A stretch of DNA of 19,504 nt, taken from the NCBI GenBank assembly GCA_035285125.1, contig JAYKHR010000094.1, positions 1-19,504 on the forward strand. The letters run 5' to 3'. The position numbers were made by a program, and so were the translations under genes. Positions 1 to 6,348 of this stretch are shown here, piece after piece. This stretch comes from Candidatus Sericytochromatia bacterium. Its GTDB lineage: Bacteria; Cyanobacteriota; Sericytochromatia; S15B-MN24; JAQBPE01. Positions within the stretch are counted from its first letter, which is position 1, and each line of letters begins with the position of its first letter. The notes under the pieces are model-generated. The model saw only the letters and a list, made by a program, of their open reading frames with translations. It had not been told where the DNA came from and ran no database searches.

Positions 1-1
1 C

Positions 2-133
<132 letters not shown>

Positions 134-176
134 CCGGTGGCCATCGCCCGCGCGGTGGCCGGGCGCGGGCGCCAGG

Positions 177-185
177 TGGTACGAT
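177..185 (+). promoter_or_regulatory. Extended -10 promoter (TG-n-TACGAT) for ccdA
   Basis: TGGTACGAT in the intergenic gap, 32 nt upstream of the ATG at 218. It matches TGnTAnnnT. Confidence 0.55.
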
Positions 186-217
186 CAGCGGGTCCCAGCC
201 CTCTCGTGGTGACTTCG

Positions 218-940
218 ATGAGCCAGACGATCACCCTCGGCGTCGCGTTCGGCGCGGGCCTGATGTCCTTCCTGTCCCCGTGCGTGCTGCCGCTCGTGCC
301 GGGCTACCTCTCGTTCGTGTCGGGCGTGAACCTGGCCGCGGCGCGGCAGGCCCAGGCCGACGGCACCGTTGCCGCGATCCCCGTCGGGCCCGTCTTCGGC
401 AACGCCCTCTTCTTCGTTGTCGGTTTCTCCAGCGTGTTCGTGGCGCTCGGCGCCTCCGCCACGGCCCTCGGCGGCCTGCTCGGCACCCACCTGCCGCTGA
501 TCACCAAGGTCGCGGGCGCGATGCTCGTGCTCTTCGGGCTGCACATGACGGGCCTGCTGCCGATCAAGGCGCTGTACGCCGAGAAGCGCTTCCACGTCAC
601 GACCAAGCCGCTCGGCTGGCTCGGCGCCTTCCTGGTGGGCTGCGCCTTCGCCTTCGGCTGGACGCCCTGCATCGGCCCGATCCTCGGCGGCATCATGACG
701 ATGGCGGCGACCTCGGATCAGATCGGCGAGGGCGTCAAGCTGCTCAGCGCCTACTCGGCCGGCCTCGGCGTGCCGTTCCTGCTGACGGCCCTGCTCATCC
801 AGCGGTTCTACACCTTCTTCGACGCCGTCAAGGGCCACTTCCGGAAGGTCGAGATCGCCTCCGGGGTGCTGCTGATGGCCGTCGGTGCGCTGATCTTCAC
901 AGGCAAGCTCGCGCAGCTGAGCAGCATGCTGGGCGTCTAG
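218..940 (+). CDS. ccdA: Cytochrome c biogenesis / disulfide-exchange membrane protein CcdA (DsbD transmembrane domain)
   Basis: Both catalytic Cys motifs are present (AGLMSFLSPCVLPLVPGYLS and FGWTPCIGPILG), plus YSAGLGVPFL and about 6 TM segments. Start set to the ATG at 218 (MSQTITL) because the ORF-track start at 137 lies upstream of the promoter. Confidence 0.93.
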   Translation: MSQTITLGVAFGAGLMSFLSPCVLPLVPGYLSFVSGVNLAAARQAQADGTVAAIPVGPVFGNALFFVVGFSSVFVALGASATALGGLLGTHLPLITKVAGAMLVLFGLHMTGLLPIKALYAEKRFHVTTKPLGWLGAFLVGCAFAFGWTPCIGPILGGIMTMAATSDQIGEGVKLLSAYSAGLGVPFLLTALLIQRFYTFFDAVKGHFRKVEIASGVLLMAVGALIFTGKLAQLSSMLGV

Positions 941-997
941 GCGCCCCGGCGGGCCGCGGAGCCGACTGGATCACAGCGTCCGGCCGCGCGCCGTGGC

Positions 998-1024
998 CAT
1001 AATCGGGCGTTCCCCGCTGGAGGT
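998..1024 (+). promoter_or_regulatory. Candidate -10 box (CATAAT, 998-1003) and Shine-Dalgarno (GGAGGT, 1019-1024) for the EF-hand lipoprotein gene
   Basis: AT-rich hexamer in a GC-rich gap, and a strong SD 5 nt before the GTG at 1030. Confidence 0.55.
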
Positions 1025-1029
1025 CGCCC

Positions 1030-1536
1030 GTGAAGCTCGCTCAGGCCTGGTCGCTCCTGACCATCGTCGGCATCGGCACCACCCTGATGATGGCCTGCGC
1101 ACACGGCCGGCCGAGCCCGATGGTGCAGGCGGAGGTCGCCTCCGGCAAGGGGGCACCCGCCCGCGCCGGCGCGCCCCTCCCGCGGCAGGCCCAGGCAGCC
1201 GCCGCCGCCCCCGTCGCGATGCAGGCCCAGGCGGCCGCCGTGGCCCCGGCGGCGCCCGTGCAGGCCACGACCCAGGCGGTGCAGGAACAGGCCGAGCCCG
1301 AGGGCCCCGACGCCCAGCGCTTCGCCGAGAAGGACCGCAACGGCGACGGGTGGCTGAGCGGCGAGGAGTTCGCCCTCGGGCTGGCGCCGATCTCGCCCGA
1401 CGAGGCAGCCGCCATGTTCCAGGCCCTCGACCGTGACGCCGACGGCCAGCTGGTGGTGACGGAGTACTTCCCCGATCCCGCCGCCATGCAGGCGTCGTCC
1501 CTCGTGCCAGCCGCCCCCGAGGCAGCCACGAACTGA
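1030..1536 (+). CDS. Putative lipoprotein with an Ala/Pro/Gln-rich linker and two EF-hand Ca2+-binding loops
   Basis: GTG start with SD. Signal peptide MKLAQAWSLLTIVGIGTTLMMA-C is lipobox-like. Loops DRNGDGWLSGEE and DRDADGQLVVTE fit DxDxDGxxxxxE. Confidence 0.82.
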   Translation: MKLAQAWSLLTIVGIGTTLMMACAHGRPSPMVQAEVASGKGAPARAGAPLPRQAQAAAAAPVAMQAQAAAVAPAAPVQATTQAVQEQAEPEGPDAQRFAEKDRNGDGWLSGEEFALGLAPISPDEAAAMFQALDRDADGQLVVTEYFPDPAAMQASSLVPAAPEAATN

Positions 1537-1550
1537 GCCAGGAGCCCGCA

Positions 1551-1754
1551 ATGATCCGCGCCAACATCCACTTCCCGCAGTCCCACATCGCCGTGGGCTT
1601 CGAGTCCGAATACGCCTTCGTGAAGTGGCTCGGGTACCTCAAGGAGCACGGGCTGGCGACGGCCCGCCTCCTCGAGGCGGATCGCAGCGTGATCGTGTTC
1701 CGCGATCAGGTGGCGTGGATCGAGTCTCACGACGGCGACATCCCGGCAGCCTGA
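1551..1754 (+). CDS. Small hypothetical protein (67 aa), probably co-transcribed with the EF-hand gene
   Basis: AGGAG SD at 1540-1544, GC3-rich codons, globular composition, 14 nt after the upstream stop. Confidence 0.72.
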   Translation: MIRANIHFPQSHIAVGFESEYAFVKWLGYLKEHGLATARLLEADRSVIVFRDQVAWIESHDGDIPAA

Positions 1755-1845
1755 GGCCGCCAGGACAACGCGGTGCAAGGGCCAAGGGGGATGAACAGGT
1801 CTCCCCGGCCTGGTGCATCGATCCCCGCCGCGCAAGGCCCGACCA

Positions 1846-1854
1846 TGGTATGAT
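1846..1854 (+). promoter_or_regulatory. Extended -10 promoter (TG-n-TATGAT), predicted TSS about 1861
   Basis: TGGTATGAT. The first base of the leader's closing helix (G1861) is 7 nt downstream of the hexamer. No recognisable -35. Confidence 0.68.
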
Positions 1855-1860
1855 GTGCCT

Positions 1861-2017
1861 GCGCTCCGTCACGGCCGAAACGGTAATTTACGTTCGACTG
1901 TGAAACAAACTGCTCCACATCCCCGCCGCGCACGGCTCGCACGGGCACCAGGGCGGAGCGCCACCCAGACCGAAGCCGGTATCCACAAAAAAAACCAGAA
2001 AGGCAGTCGAACTTCCC
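1861..2017 (+). ncRNA. Candidate structured cis-regulatory 5' leader RNA (family not recognised)
   Basis: 10-bp helix 1861-1870/1952-1961. Hairpins at 1874-1884, 1887-1904 and 1969-1980. GTTCGACTG (1892-1900) is the exact reverse complement of CAGTCGAAC (2004-2012), which lies between the SD AGAAAGG (1997-2003) and the ATG at 2018. Confidence 0.6.
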
Positions 2018-2329
2018 ATGGCCGACCAGACCCTGCAGTGCGCCGATTGCGGCGTCGAATTCCTTTTCTCTGATGCCGATCAGCAGTTCTACGCGGAGAA
2101 GGGCTTCAGCCCGCCGCGTCGCTGCCGCTCCTGCCGCGCTGCCGCGAAGGCTGCCCGAGGCCAGGGCGGTCCCCGCCCCGGTGGCTTCGGTGGCGGTGGC
2201 GCCGGCATCGGCACCCGCACCCGCGAGATGCACGATGCGACCTGCGCCAGCTGCGGCGTGACCACCCAGGTGCCGTTCAAGCCGACGGGCACCCGCCCGG
2301 TGTACTGCCGCAACTGCTTCCAGAAGTAG
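2018..2329 (+). CDS. Double zinc-ribbon protein: N-terminal zf-trcl-type domain, Gly/Arg-rich linker, C-terminal CxxC-x17-CxxC domain
   Basis: DQTLQCADCGVEFLFSDADQQFYAEKGFSPPRRCRSCR, then REMHDATCASCGVTTQVPFKPTGTRPVYCRNCF with 17 residues between the CxxC pairs. Confidence 0.92.
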   Translation: MADQTLQCADCGVEFLFSDADQQFYAEKGFSPPRRCRSCRAAAKAARGQGGPRPGGFGGGGAGIGTRTREMHDATCASCGVTTQVPFKPTGTRPVYCRNCFQK

Positions 2330-2336
2330 GTTCACG

Positions 2337-2537
2337 ATGGCGAAGAAGAACAACCCCAAGGCCGAGAAGGCGAAGCGGAACCTCGAGTACGCCCGCCTGC
2401 ACAAGAAGCGCGCGCGCCCTGCGCGTGGCTTCAACCGCGGTCCTCGTCCGCCGGCGCCGCCCAGCGTGGGTGGTGTGGGTGTCGAAGGTCCGGCAGCCCC
2501 CGCGGCCCCCGCGGCCCCCGCGGCCCCTCGCGCCTGA
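2337..2537 (+). CDS. Small highly basic protein (66 aa) with a Pro/Ala tail, possibly RNA- or ribosome-binding
   Basis: Starts 7 nt after the zinc-ribbon stop and is followed by a terminator. N-terminus MAKKNNPKAEKAKRNLEYARLHKKRAR uses AAG/AAC codons typical of real genes in a GC-rich genome. Confidence 0.78.
   Translation: MAKKNNPKAEKAKRNLEYARLHKKRARPARGFNRGPRPPAPPSVGGVGVEGPAAPAAPAAPAAPRA
2493..2528 (+). repeat. 4 x 9-bp tandem repeat (GCRGCCCCY) encoding (AAP)4
   Basis: gcagccccc gcggccccc gcggccccc gcggcccct. Confidence 0.85.
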
Positions 2538-2552
2538 GGGCTCGCCTCCCTC

Positions 2553-2587
2553 GCGCCCGCAGCTCAGCTGCGGGCGCTTTGCGTTTG
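2553..2587 (+). terminator. Intrinsic terminator of the zinc-ribbon/basic-protein unit
   Basis: Perfect 11-bp inverted repeat GCGCCCGCAGC-TCA-GCTGCGGGCGC followed by TTTGCGTTTG. Confidence 0.8.
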
Positions 2588-4309
2588 TAGCAGGGCCGCC
2601 ACGACGGCCGGATCCGGCGTCACGAACAGCGTCCGTTCCTGCTCGTAGACCACCATCCCAGGCCGGGCCCCGCGGGCCTTCTTGACGTGGCGCCGGCGGG
2701 TGTAGACCACGGGCACCCGGCTCGAGTCGCGGGCCTGCGAGAACCAGGCCGCCAGCGTGGCCGCCTCGTGCAGCGTGCGTGTGGGGGCCTCATCCTGGGC
2801 GCGGATCACGACGTGAGCACCCGGGATGCCCTGGGTGTGCAGCCACCAGTCCCCGGCGTGGGCCGCCTGGAACGTCACGAACTCGTTTTGCCGGTTGTTC
2901 TTGCCCACGAGGATGGGCAGGCCGTCGCTGCTCGTCACGCGCAGCGGCTCGGGGGCTGCGGGCGCCTGCCCGCGCCGCGGGGCCGGCGCCCGCGCGAGCC
3001 CGAGTTCCTGCGCGATCTCTTCGAGATCCGCGAGCTCGGGCGCGAGCGCGACGGCCGACACGACAGAGGCCAGGTAGGCTGCGTCCTCGCGCCCCCCCGT
3101 CAGCAGCTCGGTCGCGGCCCTGCGCCCATTGCGGGCCTTCTGGTAGCGTCGGAAACAGCGCTGGATGTTCTCCGACGGTGTGAGCCGGGGATCGAGGGCG
3201 ATGGTGACGCGCCCGCCCGCCTCCGCGAACCAGTCGTCCACCTCGATCGCCTCAAGCCCCGGCCGCAGCGCGTGCATGTGGGCCGCCAGCAGGTCCCCGA
3301 GCTCCCGGTGGCGGTCGGCTCCCTCCGCCTTCGCCAGCGCCTGCTCCCAGGTCGCGAGGCGCTCGGCCAGCTTGCGCTCCCGCTCCGCAAGCTCCCGCGC
3401 GAGCACCCGGCGGCGCTCCCCGAGCCGCGCCGCCGCCTGCCGGCCGCTGAAGTAGGCTTCCAGCACCGCGCTGGCCCCGGGGCCCCCCGGCGGCACGCCT
3501 GGGCCGGCCCACCAGACGGCCCAGCCATCGGGCGTGCTGCGCGGCCAGAAGCGCCCGGCACGCACCTGCTCGCAGGCGGCCAGCACGCCCGCCACCAGGG
3601 CTTCTCGGGCCGCCGGGGCCAGCGTGGCCACCGTCGCGTCGGGCGCGACGCCGAGGGCCTCCAGCAGCTGCCGGGCGGAGAGCCTGGAGAGCCCCGCGAA
3701 ACGTGCCACCAGGCCCTCCGCCACCCCACCTGCGGCCCCGAGCGCGGCCGCCACCGCGGCGGCGTCCGCCTCCAGCAGCGGCACCTTGCCGGCGGGCGCG
3801 GGGGGCGGGTCGTACGGGAGCCCGGGGCCGAGCTGCCGCACCTGGCACATCGCCTCCGTGACGGGCCGCAGGCACCCGAGGATCGTCCCCTGGCGGCCGT
3901 CGACCAGAAAGGCGTTGGCGTACTTGCCGATCAGCTCCAGCACGAGGTGCCGCTCGTACGGGTCGCCGAGCTCGTCGCGCCCGGCGACCACCAGCCGCAC
4001 GACGCGCTCGAGCCCGGGCTGCTCGACGCGGAGCAGCCGGCTGCCCTCGAGGTGCTTGCGCAGCTGCATGGTGAAGCCCGCCGGCACGGGCACGTTGCCC
4101 AGCGGCCGGGTGACGAGGTGCAGGCGCGCCCACTGGTCTTGCAGGTTCACGTACAGGCGGAGGTTCGTCCCGCCCGCCCGAAGCTGGAGACACAGCTCGT
4201 GGGCCGACGGCTGCGCGACCTTGTCGATGCGCGCCTCGCCGTGCGCAGCGAGCTCTGCCACCACGGCTGCGAGGGCGAGCCCGTCGAAGTGCTGAAGGGA
4301 GGCGGCCAT
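2564..4309 (-). CDS. rqcH: Ribosome quality-control factor RqcH/Rqc2 (NFACT family, formerly FbpA/PavA)
   Basis: N-terminal FDGLAL, F.M.LRKHLEG, LERVV, LELIGKYANAFL, PGLPYDPPP, coiled coil, IALDPRLTPSENIQRCFRRYQKAR, and C-terminal NFACT-R motifs ILVGKNNRQNE, WWLHTQGIPGAHV, AAWFSQAR, PGMVVY. 581 aa. Confidence 0.95.
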   Translation of the reverse strand: MAASLQHFDGLALAAVVAELAAHGEARIDKVAQPSAHELCLQLRAGGTNLRLYVNLQDQWARLHLVTRPLGNVPVPAGFTMQLRKHLEGSRLLRVEQPGLERVVRLVVAGRDELGDPYERHLVLELIGKYANAFLVDGRQGTILGCLRPVTEAMCQVRQLGPGLPYDPPPAPAGKVPLLEADAAAVAAALGAAGGVAEGLVARFAGLSRLSARQLLEALGVAPDATVATLAPAAREALVAGVLAACEQVRAGRFWPRSTPDGWAVWWAGPGVPPGGPGASAVLEAYFSGRQAAARLGERRRVLARELAERERKLAERLATWEQALAKAEGADRHRELGDLLAAHMHALRPGLEAIEVDDWFAEAGGRVTIALDPRLTPSENIQRCFRRYQKARNGRRAATELLTGGREDAAYLASVVSAVALAPELADLEEIAQELGLARAPAPRRGQAPAAPEPLRVTSSDGLPILVGKNNRQNEFVTFQAAHAGDWWLHTQGIPGAHVVIRAQDEAPTRTLHEAATLAAWFSQARDSSRVPVVYTRRRHVKKARGARPGMVVYEQERTLFVTPDPAVVAALLQTQSARS

Positions 4310-4315
4310 GGCCCC

Positions 4316-4323
4316 ATGATACC
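4316..4323 (-). promoter_or_regulatory. -10 box (GG-TATCAT) of a probable leaderless rqcH transcript
   Basis: Minus strand reads GGTATCAT-GGGGCC-ATG, so the hexamer is 6 nt from the start codon and there is no room for an SD. Confidence 0.65.
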
Positions 4324-4351
4324 GGATGCTGGCCCGGGCGGTGGCCAGGGC

Positions 4352-5392
4352 TCAGCGGGCAAGGCGGGCGAGGTGGAGCCGCTCCAGGGCCGTGAGCAGC
4401 TCCGCGAAGGCGGCCATGTCGGGCGCGGGGCCCCGCACCAGCCGCGCGAGGCGCACCACCGGCTCGGCCTCCTCCCCGAGCACCTCGGCCAGGGCCGCCC
4501 ACCGGGCCACGAGCGGCGCCGCCTGCGCCGCCTGCCCCGTCGCCGCGGCCGCCGTCAGGGCCGCAAGGCCAAGCTCCAGGCGCTCGACGCGCCGCGCCGC
4601 GGCCGCCAGGCCGCCAGCGACCTCCGCCACCATGGGGAGGGCCAGCCGCGCATCGAGGCCTCGGAGCTCGGCCCGCAGCGCGGCCTGATCGGCCTCCAGG
4701 GCTGCGAACGCCTGCTCGGCCTCGGCCCGGGAGGCCTCAGGGGCGGCCCCGAGGGCCGCCGCGAGGCCGGCGAGGTCCTCCCGGAGCTTGGCCAGGCGCC
4801 CCCGCTCCGCCGTCAGGCGGAGCCGCACGGCGGCCAGGCGGCGCCGGCGGGCCCGCCCGACGCCCCACGCGGCCAGGCCGACGGCCCCCGCCACGCCGCC
4901 CCCCAGGGTGGCGAGCAGCGGCCAGCGTGGCGGGGGCGGCGGTGGGGCATGACCCGCCGGGGTCGCGGTGGCCTCCACCAGCTTGACCTCCTGGACCAGG
5001 GCGATCAGGCCCTCGGAGGGCACGCCCTGGGCCACCGCCGGGGGCATGGCAGCCGCCACCAGGCGCGCGGCCCGCTCGGGCCCCAGCCCCGCGGCCCGCA
5101 GCGACGGGGCCACGGCCAGGCCCGTCTCGCCATCCCGCGCGGCGTGGAGCACCACGGCGACGGCCCGCGGCCGGGCAGCCAGGGCAGCCTCTGCCGCCGC
5201 CATGGCCCCCTCGGGCGCCCGTGCCACCACCACGACGTCGATGGCACCAGCGTTCATCCGCCCGAGCTGCTCCTCGACGGCAGGGGCCACGCCCTCGCCC
5301 AGCAGCCCGAGGGGATCCTCGACGCGGGCCAGCCCGGCCGCCGGCCACAGCGCGACCCCCAGCGCGGCCACGATCGCCCAGGCCCTCCTCAC
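4352..5392 (-). CDS. Hypothetical single-pass membrane protein: signal peptide, TPM (DUF477)-like exported domain, poly-Pro linker, TM helix, cytoplasmic coiled coil
   Basis: GTG at 5392 overlaps the upstream TGA (GTGA). MRRAWAIVAALGVALWPAAGLA/RVEDPLGLLG resembles the V.D.A.LL start of TPM domains. PPPPPP, TM, RARRRR, heptad-rich helix follow. The ORF-track extension to 6031 is spurious. Confidence 0.65.
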   Translation of the reverse strand: MRRAWAIVAALGVALWPAAGLARVEDPLGLLGEGVAPAVEEQLGRMNAGAIDVVVVARAPEGAMAAAEAALAARPRAVAVVLHAARDGETGLAVAPSLRAAGLGPERAARLVAAAMPPAVAQGVPSEGLIALVQEVKLVEATATPAGHAPPPPPPRWPLLATLGGGVAGAVGLAAWGVGRARRRRLAAVRLRLTAERGRLAKLREDLAGLAAALGAAPEASRAEAEQAFAALEADQAALRAELRGLDARLALPMVAEVAGGLAAAARRVERLELGLAALTAAAATGQAAQAAPLVARWAALAEVLGEEAEPVVRLARLVRGPAPDMAAFAELLTALERLHLARLAR

Positions 5393-6348
5393 GCGCGCCG
5401 CTCCGGCAGCAGGCTCGCGACGGCAAAGCACAGGCCGTCCGCCAGCAGCATGGTGGCCCGGCACGTCACCGCGATCAGGCCCGCCAGCCCGAGGCCCGGC
5501 ACCAGCTGCGCGACCAGGCCCGCCAGCAGCACGTCCCGCACGCCGAGCCCCGCCGGGGCAAAGGGGGCCAGGAAGCCCGCGCTCCAGGCCACCAGGAACG
5601 CCCCCCCGCAGGCGGCGAGGCCAGCCGCCGTCAGCGGCGCGGGCACAAAGGCCTGCGCGAGCGCGGCGAAGCCGGCCGCCACCACCAGCCAGTTCAGGGC
5701 GTAGGCGGCGATGAGCGCCACCAGCGCGCCGTAGGACACGCGCACCCGGGGCAGGCCGCGCGGGCGGCCCAGGCGAGCCAGGGCCGCCTCGCAGGCGGCG
5801 AAGCCCCCGTTCAGCACGCGCGGGTGCAGCCCGAGCCCCGCCCCGGCGAGGGCCAGCAGGGCCAGGTGCGGCGCCAGCTCGGGGGCCCCTGCGAGCATCG
5901 GGGCCGCCGCGAGCGCGACGAGCCCGGACGAGAGCACCTGGCAGACGGCCTCGAGGGCCACGGCGGGGGTGGTGACGGCAGGCGAGAGGCCCTGCCGGTG
6001 GCAGAGGTAGACCCGCCCCGCCAGGTTCCACAAGGAGCCCGGCAGGTACTTGGCCATGTTGGCCTGGAAGATCGCGCGGAAGGCGTCCCGCACGCTGATC
6101 GCGCCGCCGAGCAGGTGCACGATCCGCGTCCAGAGCAGGGTCGTGCCCATGTAGTGCGCCAGCACCGCGAGCAGCGCCAGCGCGACGAGCTCGGGCTGGA
6201 CGCGCGCCGGCGCGACGGTCGGCCCGAGCGCCTGGGCCAGCTGCCAGCCGACCCAGGCCAGCACCCCCAGCACGAAGGCCCAGCGCAGCAGCAGGCGGCC
6301 CGCCGGCAAGCCGCCGGCGGGCAGCACGGGGTCGGGGGCCAGGGTCAT
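5389..6348 (-). CDS. Lysylphosphatidylglycerol-synthase-TM / UPF0104 (AglD2/YbhN-like) flippase-like membrane protein
   Basis: ATG at 6348 overlaps the upstream TGA (ATGA). Motifs ANMAKYLPGSLWNLAGR and AWSAGFLAPFAPAGLGVRD, about 8 TMs. Confidence 0.85.
   Translation of the reverse strand: MTLAPDPVLPAGGLPAGRLLLRWAFVLGVLAWVGWQLAQALGPTVAPARVQPELVALALLAVLAHYMGTTLLWTRIVHLLGGAISVRDAFRAIFQANMAKYLPGSLWNLAGRVYLCHRQGLSPAVTTPAVALEAVCQVLSSGLVALAAAPMLAGAPELAPHLALLALAGAGLGLHPRVLNGGFAACEAALARLGRPRGLPRVRVSYGALVALIAAYALNWLVVAAGFAALAQAFVPAPLTAAGLAACGGAFLVAWSAGFLAPFAPAGLGVRDVLLAGLVAQLVPGLGLAGLIAVTCRATMLLADGLCFAVASLLPERRA

Noticed and set aside
1887..1963. tRNA/tmRNA-like hints: GTTCGA and a helix ending in ...GCGCCA
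   Set aside because: No cloverleaf. GTTCGA is not in a 5-bp T-stem next to the acceptor stem, and there is no anticodon arm or tag ORF. Better explained as a cis-leader.
1969..1998. Hairpin plus A8 tract resembling a preQ1-I riboswitch or a slippery site
   Set aside because: The 4-nt loop lacks the preQ1 consensus, no queuosine genes follow, and the A-run is non-coding. It is more likely a translational enhancer before the SD.
2493..2528. Tandem repeat as a CRISPR array or phase-variation tract
   Set aside because: In-frame 9-bp coding repeat with no spacers and no cas genes. Copy-number change would not shift the frame.
2564..4309. Fibronectin-binding adhesin interpretation (FbpA/PavA)
   Set aside because: Legacy annotation. 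The protein has no signal peptide and the family is established as the ribosome quality-control factor RqcH.
2687..5704. 1005-aa plus-strand ORF
   Set aside because: Antisense shadow of rqcH and its neighbours. It is Arg/Gly/Pro/His-rich with no motifs, and long stop-free antisense frames are expected at this GC content.
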